In this document: positions 1 through 11,339 of the stretch, piece by piece | How positions within the stretch are numbered: the first letter of the stretch is position 1 | Layout of the letters: every line of letters begins with the position of its first letter | NCBI GenBank assembly: GCA_030390025.1 | Contig: CM059425.1 | Location: 169,262,001-169,326,000 of the forward strand | Length of the DNA stretch: 64,000 nt | Direction of reading: 5' to 3' | Origin: Squalus acanthias | Taxonomy: Eukaryota | Notes under the pieces: model-generated | The model's input: the letters and a program-made list of their open reading frames with translations, nothing else | Told to the model about the DNA's origin: nothing | Database searches by the model: none | Translations under genes and position numbers: made by a program

Positions 1-79
1 CCCAAAAATCTGTCTCCTTACAGCTTCTTTCCCACTCTGATTATTTTTTGTGGTACACAATGCTTCCTTTACTTCCTTT

Positions 80-413
80 AGAGTGCTGCACTGTCAGAGG
101 TGCTGTCTTTTGGATGAGACGTTAAACCGACTGCTCTCTCAGGTGGACGTAAAAGATCCCATGGCATTATTTTGAAGAAGAGTAGGGGCGTTATCCCTGG
201 TGTCCTGGCCAATATTTCTCCCTCAACCAACATAACAAAAACAGATTATCTGGTCATTTTCACATTGCTGTTTGTGGGAGCTTGCTGTGCACAAATTGGC
301 TGCTGCGTTTCCCACATTACAACAGTGACTTCACTTCAAAAGTACTTCATTGGCTGTAAAGCGCTTTGAGACGTCTGGTGGTCGTGAAAGGTGCTATATA
401 AATGCAAGTCTTT
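80..413 (+). mobile_element. Deu-domain SINE (SacSINE1/AmnSINE1-like), 5'-truncated
   Basis: Matches recalled Deu-SINE body (GAGTGCTGCACTGTCAGAGGTGC...GATCCCATGGC...TGTCCTGGCCAATATT...) with L2-like tail GTGCTATATAAATGCAAGT. A second, inverted copy lies at 25913-26230. Confidence 0.8.
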
Positions 414-566
414 CAAGTATTTCTTTTTACTTTCTATCTTAATTTTCCGTTCTTTTGTTCTCATCAGGGGAATAAAGAAGATGTATCCCACCTTTTTTTT
501 GGAAGGGTTGAAAGTGCTGGAAGCCTGCAAACTAAGCTGCTGGACAGAAATGAGATTGCAAATCTG

Positions 567-668
567 TAGTAAAAACAGAAATTGCTGGAGACACTGGGCA
601 GGTCAGGCAGCACCTGTGGAGAGAGACACAGCGGTAACGTTTCAGGTTGATTCTGCTTTCATCAGATC
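567..668 (-). mobile_element. Penelope-like terminal (pLTR) fragment with degenerate hammerhead motif
   Basis: Reverse complement reads CTGATGAAAGC...ACCTGAAACGTTAC...CCACAGGTGCTGCCTGACCTG..., homologous to the end of the Penelope element at 34160-34260. Confidence 0.7.
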
Positions 669-3099
669 ACATAGGAGTTTTTAATGTATTTTCAAATGTA
701 ATGTGACCCACCCAGCATTTTTAAAATGTGATCGTTATTCGAGCTGATTTCCCAGACTTGCAGAGTGCAGTTGGTCCTGCTCCTGTAGTAGGTGCGGGTC
801 TATTGCTGAGATTCAAATGAGGCACACAGGATGTTCCTGGATTTGCGCCTCATTTTCCTGCAAGAACTCTCACTGAATGCCCCTGTGTCCAGTGAAACAT
901 AACATTGTGACTTTCCCCCAGCCCCCACTGACTGGAGGATCCACAGAAGTACAAAGACCAGCTGAAAATTGCCAGATAAGTGTTTATTTTACATTTTTAA
1001 TCCCCTCCAGGATATTAATAGGTAATTGCGACCTTCAGGCTGTGATCTCTATCAGCAGGGGTCCCAACCTTGGAGCACCGACACACAGCCACAGACCTGC
1101 AGCTGGCATTAGGCTCTGCTTGGGGTGACCCCGGGTTGCTGCTTTATTCAGCTCTGGGAAATGCAGGCGGGGACTGCAGGAAAATATGCCCTAGTTGATT
1201 CCATTTCAAGGCGACTGTGGTAAAGTGCCTTGGGAAACTGTTGTATTTCGAGGCATGATGATGTCATCACCACTCATGGTCTTGTAGAATCATGCCATTT
1301 TTCTTTGGACTCGAAGTTGCCACAAAATATATTTTGCACCGCTGAGCTGATCGCAGCTTTTGAGTGCCAGCCAAAACCTCCTTGTGCTAGTGTGAAAATA
1401 ATGAATTGCCCTGTTATTATTGCCTTATTACTTTACGCTAACTTCACAAGAACTTAAAGTTGTAAATGAGAAAAATTATTCATTCTGATTATACTTGAGC
1501 AATAAACATGCTCTGGTGTCCTGAGACTCCGAGGAGTTGCAAAGAAATAAAATTTACAAAATAAAAAGCAGGGTTTGACATGAACAGGTGCTAACATCCC
1601 TTAGGCACAAAGTACTCGAAACAGTTGCCTGACAGGCTGTCTTTATTCTTGTTCCCTTGGATGCCCAATGTGTCTGCATCCTGCTTTCATTCTCACAGGG
1701 AACAAGAAACAAGAATACTATTGGAGGTGGTGTTATTCCAGCCTGTCTTCTGCTGTCAAACCAGTAGTAGACTCTGCATTACTTTGAAGTGGTTTTGTGT
1801 TACTGAAGTGATTTGTTCATTGGAAATGGAGTCCAGTGTTGGATTAAATCACAGGGGTATGAGTGGAATGGTGATGGTAACAGGATGAAGCTGCTGACAG
1901 CCAAGAATTACTTCATCCCTTTCACTGGATTTTCAGCCCATCAGGACTCGGTGTGGAACAGCAGTCTCTACTCAGTCACTGCAGAGGTGTTAATGACTCG
2001 AGTCACTGATGGGCAGGTAGCAGTTTGCTGAAAAATCAATTATCTTGGAGGTTAATGGGACAAGGGAACAAGCTTGTTTTATGGCCTTCATTAAAGGCAG
2101 CTGGCTGTGCACTGCCTAGGTTGATGCCAGGCAATTCTCTCTTGTATGACAAAGTCTGGACTGAAGGATGAGGTGGTGATCTGTAGAGACCAGAACACCA
2201 TTGGTCAGAAGGCCAGGGAGGTGTTAGCAAGGATTGGGACAAATCAGATGGTGTTTAGTACATCCTTTCACACTTTTTGTTCCTTCCCTCTCAGGTTGTG
2301 ATGCAATTATTGTAAAACATCAATGTAGCACATTAATGGCCCACAGCTAACTAACTGCTTGCTGAAAATCTGAGTGCTCGCATGGAATGGCTAAAATGCC
2401 AATATCAACTGCTGACTCGCTGTCTAAAGTCTGCATTCTTTACAAATCTGTCATGGCTCACTGCATTGCTAACAGGGCGGCAGTGGGGGCGGGCGGTGGA
2501 AAAGGGTAAGGTGGGGAAGAGGACAATCCTTGTAAAACAAAGTAATAGTTTTAATTGAAGTGAAGGAAAATCAGAAATAATTTTGAAAGCTGAAAAGTTT
2601 CACCTCAGGTTAAATAGATGTTATCACAGGAAGAAAAAGTACTTAACTGCACATAGACCTTTCTAAAGGGCATTTTCATGAGTTAAATTTGTCCCTCTGA
2701 CTTATGACAGAAGGCTCATGATCAGAGTTATGAAGAGTAAGTTTAGGAGAGACATTAGGAATTATTTCTTCACACAGGTGTTCACCACTATTGGAATGGG
2801 ATGCTAAGGAAAAGTGATTGGCACTGAATGGGCCAAATCCACCTGTGTGATCTTATGATGCAAAGATTTGACTTTACAATCAATACTATAAACCCCACCT
2901 CAAGTCCAAACTAATGGCCTTCAATTTGTCTAAATGCAACATTACAAACTAGCTTTACTTTATCTTTTCATTAAAAGCAGCTGGTCCTTGCACGATGTAC
3001 AGGATGCTTGGGATTATCTAAATTCATGAATACTACTTTTCGGTAAGTCCTGGAGTGGTTGGTAACTCACAACTATGCTTCCACTTCTTTCACCCCACT

Positions 3100-4712
3100 A
3101 TGTTTTAGACTCTAAATCCAGTTTCAGTCCCATCAACAGTACTGAGAATACACTGGTTATTTACAAACAAACTCCTGTGTGACTGGGGCATTGATCTTGA
3201 TGTCACTCTTCACCCTTTGTGACCTCTCTGCAGTCTTTGACACCATTGGCTTCTTCATCTCCCACATTATCTCCTCTGCAGTCCACTTCTTTCCTGGTTG
3301 AACTTATGCATGTCACAGCCTATGTCTCCTCCAGTGTCTGTACAGTAACCACTTGTGTACCACAGGACCCCATCCTTGGTTTCCTACTCTTCAACGTTTA
3401 TATGCTACCTATCAATGACATCATCCAGAAGCATACGTCCAATTTCCACATGCATGCCAATGACACTCAGCTTTATCTCAGCACCTACTCTATTGATCCA
3501 AGGCTGTTGCTACATTCCAACTGCCTGTATGACATTAAATCCTGAATTATCTGAAGTTAACATAACTGAAGCCATTCTCTTTGGATCCCACTAGCACCGA
3601 GGTAGCTCTCGTCTTGACTCCATCAACCTCCTCAGCTGCCATCTCAAACCAAGTCTGGAGGTGGAGGTATAGAACCTTGGAATAATACTAGATCCCAAGC
3701 TGAGCTTTCTTCCCTACACCCATTGCTAATACTGACTTCCGCCACCTATGTAACATTACTCGCCTCCAATCCTCCTTTTCCTTTGCAGCCAAAACCTTAG
3801 TCAATATCTTTATTACCTTGCTGCTTGACTTCTTTTAACAATAACCTCCTCACCTCTACCCACCACAAATTATAACTCATTAACAATTGTAACAAGTTGA
3901 AGCAGGCCCGGATCCAGTGGTCCATTAGACATGCAGACCAGAATTTAATGGTTAAAGCAAGTTAGGTTTATTCACCTACAGCAGTTGTGTCTTTAAGTGC
4001 AGCAATGAACAAGACTGTATTCCCATATACATCTTCTCACTCTCGGTTCCTTCCTTTCCAAACTCCCCTGCTCAACCAAACCATTTCCCTGCCTTTTACC
4101 CTTGTTGATCCTGATTTTCGGCAATTAAGGTCAACAATTTCTTAAAATTATACCACCTTGCCTTTGGTCATTGACATTTTATATGTTCTTAAAGTTGTAC
4201 CCCTATTGCGGATACAGAGGTCTCAAAAGCCTATGACTCACATGTTGTCCCTCACTCTGTTACAAAATTTTGTAGATCGCACAAAGTCCTGCACCCCTAT
4301 CACTTTATCCTAGCCAAACTCCATGGGTACCCTGTGCAAGTGGAAGATTAACTGCCACATCTTCATTTATCTTTCAAATCCCTTCATTGTCTCCTTTCAC
4401 TCTACTTCATCAGTCTTACCAGCATATGGTCTAACATGCAGCTTCTCCCCCCTCGAACACTGAATTATTCCTTGTTCCTTGTGCCATATGCCCCACCAGA
4501 AGCAGCTACCCTCTCAGGCACTATGCCCCTGCCCTTTGGAACTCCTTCCCTAAGTCCTTTGCCACCTTTCTCCCACTTTCAAAAGCCTGTAAAAATGTTT
4601 CTTCAACCATGCATTTGCTGTTCCAACCTTTTCACTACTTTTCCTTTTTGCTCTCTAAAGTGCTCTGAGATGTCTCTCTGTACAAGAAGAGTGCGATGGA
4701 AATATGAATTGT
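3100..4712 (+). mobile_element. Degenerate L2 LINE (RT to 3' end), interrupted by a solo LTR
   Basis: VPQDPILGFLLFNVYMLP...FHMHANDTQLYL corresponds to the RT motifs VPQGSxLGP...YADDTQLY. Homologous to the L2 at 17849-18877. Confidence 0.75.
3888..4264 (-). mobile_element. Solo LTR (377 bp)
   Basis: Termini TGTAACA...TGTTACA; flanks CAAT/AAAT (4-bp TSD, 1 mismatch); AATAAA on the minus strand near 3970. L2 sequence continues on both sides. Confidence 0.65.
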
Positions 4713-5017
4713 TTTTGGGCTGTGCTATTTTAAACCTTTGCTTCAAAGCAAAGCGATTTTGTGAAAGGGCCAACTTGGCTCCCAGGTCCTGATCCACCCG
4801 AGTGCAATAAATCCTCCAGGAGGCTGCTTCCCATGGTTTGGGTTTGGTATGAAGTATAACTCCTGGGCACTTTATGCAGTTAATATTGAGCGTTTTTATT
4901 GTTATGAAAGTGTCTGCTCCTGGCCACACTCTTCTAACTTTAAAAAAGCAACAGCCAGAAGAGTGGTACTCTGTGCACACATGTCAGCCTGTATATGCAA
5001 ACCTGTCAGGACAGTTT

Positions 5018-5164
5018 GCCGGAAATTTCCTTGGAGCTGTTCCCTCTTTGCCGCTGTAACTTCACCGGAAGTGCGGCGGAAACACAGCGCAGATGGGAAT
5101 TCTACCGGACTTCTAGCGCTGTTTTGGCAGTGGGCCGAGAGCTGTTCTGAGGAAATTCCCGGTC
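5018..5164. mobile_element. Short palindromic MITE (Harbinger-like)
   Basis: Inverted ends GCCGGAAATTTCC...GGAAATTCCCGGTC and internal dyad symmetry. Confidence 0.5.
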
Positions 5165-5206
5165 ATGACTCCAGTCTTGCCAGTTACAGTTTGCACTTTG
5201 CACAAG

Positions 5207-6820
5207 TCTTCAGTTCGATTCACTCCACGTGATATCAAGAAATGGCTGAGTGCACTGGATACAGCAAAGGCAATGGGCCCCGACAATATCCTGGCTATCG
5301 TGCTGAAGACTGGTGCTCCAGAACTAGCCACGCCTCTAGCCAAGCTGTTCCAGTACAGCTACAACACTGGCATCTATCCGACAATGTGGAAAACTGCCAG
5401 GTATGTCCTGTCCACAAAAAGCAGGACAAATCCAATCCGGCCAATTACCGCCCCATCAGTCTACTCTCAATCATCAGAAAAGTGATGGAAGGTGTCATCG
5501 ACAGTGCTATCAAGCGGCACTTACTCACCAATTACCTGCTCACTGATGCCCAGTTTAGGTTCCGCCAAGACCACTTGGCTCCCGACCTCATTACAGCCTT
5601 GGTCCAAACATGGACAAAGGAGCTGAATTCCAGAGGTGAGGAGAGAGTGACTGCCCTTGACATCGAGGCAGCATTTGACCGAGTGTGGCATCAAGGAGCC
5701 CTAGTAAAACTGAAGTCAATGGGAATCGGGGAAAACCTCTCCACTGGCTGGAGCCATACCTAGCACAAAGGAAGATGGTTGTGGTGGTTGAAGGTCAATC
5801 ATCACAGCCCCAGGACATTGCTGCAGCAGTTCTTCAGGGCAGTGTCCTAGGCCCAACCATGTTCAGCTGCTTCATCAATGACCTTCCCTCCAACATAAGG
5901 TCAGAAATGGGGATGTTCGCTGATGACTGCACAGTGTTCAGCACCATTCACAGCTCCTCAGATAATGAAGCAGTCCATGCCTGCATGCAACAAGACCTGG
6001 ACGACGTTCAGGCTTGGGCTGATAAGTGGCAGGTAACATCCGCGCCACAGAAGTGCCAGGCAATGACTATCTCCAACAAGCGAGAGTCTAACCACCGCCC
6101 CTTGACATTCAACGGCATTACCATCACCGAATCCCCCACCATCAACATCCTGGGGGTCATCATTGACCAGAAACTTAACTGGACCAGCCACATAAATACT
6201 GTAGCAACAAGAGCAGGCCAGAGGCTAGGTATTCTGTGGTGAGTGTCTCACCTCCTGACTCCCCAAAGCCTTTCTACCATCTACAAGGCACAAGTAAGGA
6301 GTGTGATGGAATACTCTGCACTTGCCTGGATGAGTGCAGCTCCAACAACACTCAAGAAGCTCGACACCATCTAGGAAAAAGCAGCCCGCTTGACTGGCAC
6401 CCCATCCACCACATTAAACATTCACTCCCTCCACCACCGGCGTACCGTGGCTGCAGTGTGTACCATCTACAAGATACACTGCAGCAACTCGCCAAGGCTT
6501 CTTCGACAGCACCTCCCAAACCCGCAACCTCTTCCACCTAGAAGGATAAGGGCAGCAGGTGCATGGGAAGACCACCACCTCCAAGTTCCCCTCCAAATCA
6601 CACACCATCCTGACTTAGAAGTATATCGCCGATCCTTCATCGTCGCCGGGTCAAAATCCTGGAGCTCCTTACCTAACAGCACTGTGGGAGTACCTTCACC
6701 ACATGGACTGCAGCGGTTCAAGAAGGTGGCTCACCATCACCTTCTCAAGGGCAATTAGGGATGGGCAATAAATGCTGGCCTTGCTAGCGACGCCCACATC
6801 CCATAAATACATTTTTAAAA
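5207..6820 (+). mobile_element. LINE family B (CR1/Jockey group), 5'-truncated, frameshifted RT plus 3' UTR
   Basis: RT motifs NYRPISLLS, AAFDRVWH, QGSVLGP, FADD. ORF ends HHHLLKGN*, followed by GGGATGGGCAATAAATGCTGGCC and an A/T tail. Confidence 0.9.
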
Positions 6821-6875
6821 ATGATTCATTTAAGATTGGTGTAGTAAAACTTGGAATCTTTAAAAAAAACACTAT

Positions 6876-7575
6876 GGGGTGACGTTTCTACTTTGGGCGC
6901 AATTGGCGCTATTTTTGAGAAGTATTTTTCCGCTCAAACTTACTTGCTATCACTGAACGTAAAATCTGCCATGAATCAACACAAACAGGCAGCATTTTAG
7001 AGCGTATATTTTTAAATTATTTGCTTTAAAAAATATTTCTTGATATATTTAAGAGTGGTAACTTGGTGCAGTTTGCATAATACAGCTGAAAATGGATTAA
7101 TCACAAATAATAAGCATTTTTAATCAGAGTAGCAATCCAACACCTCTGAGTAACACGATTTTAAATAATTGAAAATGACTTTAAAAACTATACAGAGCCA
7201 TTTACTAGTTATATTGCTGTACATTAGTCAGGTTCTCAGTAAGTTAAAAAAAATTATATTCAAAAGCTTTTAAAACGTCCCTATTCGTGTTCTTGCGTCC
7301 AAAAAAAAGCGTAATTTTAAGAGCCCCCTCAAAGGCACGCAAAAGTGCACAATTAGCGGAAGCTTGCAATGGTGATTAATTCGATCTCGGGGCATAGCCA
7401 GTTCTGTGCCAGCTTCCAGTGCAATGTCTTTTAAACCAGCGCAAAAGATCGCGGAAACTTGATTTGTGCTGGACGTAATTTGCACTTGAAATTCTGCAAT
7501 TTTTTTGCGCTGGTTTGGCCGATTTTGGGCAAAATACACTGAAAATACAGTGCAACCTAGCGGAAACTCATGGCC
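6876..7575. mobile_element. Non-autonomous DNA transposon (Harbinger-like MITE)
   Basis: Imperfect TIRs GGGGTGACGTTTCTACT / AGCGGAAACTCATGGCC; 3-bp flanks TAT/AAT; CpG-rich subterminal arms around an AT-rich core. Confidence 0.45.
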
Positions 7576-8573
7576 AATAAGTTAATTCTCGTTTATATTG
7601 AGCTTTTGCTGCGGTACCTCTGGAGGCTTATCTGGTGGTTCTACTGAGCAGATGCCATTTAAGACTACCAGAATATACTGGGGATGTATCTGGTGGCAAT
7701 TACATAAGAACAATGATCTTTCATAAATTGCAAAAGAAATGAAAATAGTTAATGGTGTCTATTCATTATTAATTTGGAAAGGTTATTCAGTCATTCAGGC
7801 ATTGGGAGTTGTTAGGGATTTGCCTGAGGGACAAGAACGCCAGAAGCTAATGTTCAGCTCGGTCCATATCGTACAGCGTTAAAACCACAAAGTGTTGGTT
7901 GACACTGTCTACATATAAACAGTGTTTTCTCTGATTATAGTTCTTGTGTAATGTATTCATATGTCTGTATGTCTTTTGCTGTTCAGCCACCGCTGCAACG
8001 TAACTAGTCAAATAGAAACACTCACAGCTTCCTCCAAATAGGCAATAGATTCAAAATATACAAACAACTGAAGTCACTGTCAAGGGGAAATAAATACTTA
8101 TTTTAAAATGATTTTATTGCAAAGTGCTTCATCTTAAATGTTTTTCTGAGAATACAAAAATATGTCATGCAGGGAATTCATCCTCTCTCAGTACAAACTC
8201 ACATTTATTGTCAGGTTTGAGCCTGTCAAAATTCAATTAACAACAAATATGAGCTTTCTTATATAAGTTTTTGAAGGCTACACAGTGCAGATTATTGGTG
8301 TGACTTTTGAAGAAAATGGGTAAAATTAAACCTTTTTAATGAATTGTGTGATGAAGAAAACAGTGAATGAATGTCAATGAATGCCATTTTCATGCTGCAT
8401 AATTTTGCTGAAATGTGTATTTTCTTTTGCTTTTGAGATGACCTTCACAGTAGGCATTTGCAGCCATATGTTGTGTGGGAATATGACATCTGAACAAACA
8501 GTTAGTTTTTAGAAAAACAAAAGCCAGTTGATCAATTCTGGAACTGCTTGAATTTTAACACTGTTTGTCTCAG

Positions 8574-8611
8574 GTCACTCACCAGCAAAGGTCTGTTTTC
8601 CAATACAATGG
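8574..8611 (+). CDS. Candidate start-codon exon (5' UTR + ATG G) of the KRTCAP2-like gene
   Basis: Acceptor TTTAACACTGTTTGTCTCAG, strong Kozak ACAATGG (ATG 8608-8610), donor G|GTGAGT. Phase 1 joins in frame to exon 53947 (ATG G|GT AAA = MGK...). Lies in non-repeat DNA. Confidence 0.5.
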
Positions 8612-9239
8612 GTGAGTGTCTATTCTTTGTTTTGGTTTCACTTGTTTGAAATCTCTTTCAGATAGCAAATAGTGATTTTAAGATTATAACGTTGTAGCTT
8701 GAGCTGTACTTTGAATATAAATAAGAACCTTTCACAGAAAGTAATGCATTTAAATATGACTTTTACTGAGCGTTTAAGTTCAAGGAAAGGGCTATTTTGC
8801 TTTCAGAATAGAGTTCACAGATGGTTCTGGATTAGAATGCTCTACCTTGTGGCTTTCACTGTTAGTCTGTCTGATAATTACAACTGATAAGCACGATATG
8901 ATCAATGAAACAAAATGTCAATGATCTTGGATGTGTATCAGATGTCCACAACTCAAATCATATCTGTTCTATCTGGAAGCAATGTACTTCCTATGCGTCA
9001 GGAAAATTGCTTGCTGTCACCCTGACAGGTCCAAATTAGCTGGAAAATTTTTGTCCCTTGGCAGGCCATTATCTATTATAAATGACTGGTTCTTTTATTC
9101 CAGATTTATCCCAAAGCACTGGTCAAATCACTCCTATGGGTTGGCATCATGCTATGTAACATGATTTCATTTTAATTGGCTTACGGACATAATTTTAATA
9201 GCAGACATAGGAATTTCATACAACGGCAACAATTTGCAA

Positions 9240-9503
9240 TTTTTTTATTCATTCCTGGGATGTGGGCGTGCTGGTAAGGCCCACATTTATTGCCCATCCC
9301 TAATTGCCTTTGAGAAGGTGGTGGTGAGCCGCCGCCTTGAGCCGCTGCAGTCCGTGTGGTGAAGGTTCTCCCACGGTGCTATTATGGAGGGAGTTCCAGG
9401 ATTTTGACCCAGCGACGATGAAGGATCGGCGATATATTTCCAAGTCAGGATGGTGTGTGACTTGGAGGGGAACTTGCAGGTGGTGATGTTCCCATGGGCC
9501 TAC
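9240..9503 (-). mobile_element. LINE family B 3' fragment
   Basis: ORF tail ...SKSWNSLHNSTVG...HHHLLKGN* and the same 3' UTR as 5207-6820. Confidence 0.85.
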
Positions 9504-9509
9504 TGCCAT

Positions 9510-11121
9510 TTTATGCTGTCATGACAGATTTACAGCGTCTGCTCGCAGAGGGAAGAGGAAGGTGCAGAAGAGGAGGAAGTAGAAGGAAGGATGCAACCCA
9601 GACAGCCCCTTTCTGGCCAGGATATCTGGGATGGAATCATCCGCTTGTCGGTACCAGTGACCACAACCCCAATTTCCCTTTCAACATTAGTCCCACACCT
9701 TCCCTTCCCTCTGTTACTGACCATCACAGCGTCCTCTTGGCCACGATGCTGAGATAAAAGCCACCACAAAGAAAACATTCCAATCCAACTTTATACTCTA
9801 TCCATCCAATATGACATCAATAAATCAACTCATTACCCTTATGTATCCCCTTAGTGACTGTCTTGTTTGTGCCTTTGCCTATCATACTGATGTCATGCAG
9901 TGCCACCCCAGTGGCTGCAGCATGGCTGGTGGAAGGCTGCTGACTTTCAGTGGGGGACACTGCAAATGGCTTTGCTGGTTGACCTTGAGGAGCTGGTGGC
10001 TGGGAGTGTGAAATCGAGTGATGGTATTTCATCTTCTTCACTCTCCGCTCCCTCTTCTTGGCCAACCAATGGCTGAGCAGGCTGCATTTCCTGGGTGTGT
10101 GAAATGAGGAAGGCACAAGGGTGGAGTTGTGGTGAGGGGAGGGCGGGAAAGCAAGAGGTGCATGTGAGAAGGAGGATAATATATGAGAATACCAGCATCT
10201 TGTATTATTTCTGCCCCGCCGCTGGCCAAGGGCTCAGCCATGCCCCTGCCAAGAATGGCCAGCACCATTTCCTCCAAGGGGGTGAGGTGAGGCTAGGAAT
10301 GGGAAGTGCGCCTCGTGATTGGTACAGTTTGTTGGTAGGTGCGTGATTGTGCTGGTGGGGGTTGGGGGCGGGGTGGGGGGAGTCATGCATTGAGCAGCCT
10401 GTGAGTCTAGTGGTGCAGTTGGTAGGAGATGGCTTTTGAAGATGCATTCACTGACCTTGACCACTGGTCTGAGGTCATGAAGCTTCTTTGGGCACTGGAG
10501 CCAGGTGGTGGGGGCAACACTGCTGGCAGTGACTGCCTTGGTAATGTGGTCCCACATCATTCTTTCTGGAGGGCCTCCTGGCCCCTGTGGATAGAGGACC
10601 TCTTTTGCAGTGTTGACCCCCTGCACAAAACTGGAGTGCTGCGTGCGAGACCCTGGGTGCCCCTTCCCTGGCTTGCTGAGCTATTTATGTTAGTGCTGAA
10701 GCACTTTTCCCATTTCTTGAAGTTCGGAAGGGAATTCAGCTTTCAGAGCTGTAGACTTCCACATGGGACTTATTTTTAATTTTTTAAAAAAAAGGCAGTA
10801 AGGGCTGAAAACTGCATTTTTTCCACTTCATTTTAATTTTTATTAGTTCAGAAGGCATTGCCCTTTTAATTTCCCATAATGCCTAGTGAACTCTATAGCC
10901 TCGCTTCCAGAGGTTTTTAGAAGCTGGAATGCCACTTCTGGACGGCAACTTCGACTCCCATGCCTGCACTAAAACCAACAGGAGGGCGTTACATGGTAAG
11001 TTAGCGCTGGGCTAAAAATCTTTAGCCCCCCAGTGTGAATTTTTTGTCCATTTTCAGCGGCCGTTAACCCGAGGCCGCGGTGACACCGGCAACTCTCGTG
11101 GCGGCCACGAATTTTTAGCCC
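9510..11121 (-). mobile_element. Degenerate PIF/Harbinger relic with Myb/SANT-like exon
   Basis: Minus-strand MWDHITKAVTASSVAPTTWLQCPKKLHDL matches the Myb helix TWLQCRKRFHDL in the element at 41489, followed by a GTCAGT donor-like site. Right end AATTTTTAGCCC resembles a Harbinger TIR. Confidence 0.65.
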
Positions 11122-11339
11122 TCTGGCTTCATTATATTTTTATATGGTCAGATCAAATATGATGCACAACAGCACAATAAGAGTTTTTGAAATATATTGC
11201 TTGCTTAAGTATGAATAATGTTTTATATAAATATCACAATGTGTAGAGTTCCTTTATGAACTAGTGTATTTGTTTCCTTTAACCTGTTCTAAGATTGTAT
11301 GCGTTAATGTTCACTGTCCTACCCAAAAGCACCACTGGC

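Noticed and set aside
1625..2242. Cluster of short ORFs after an acceptor-like site
   Set aside because: No recognisable protein and stops in all frames. The minus strand shows only a faint endonuclease-like TDHHLIL, so it is probably an ancient LINE scrap.
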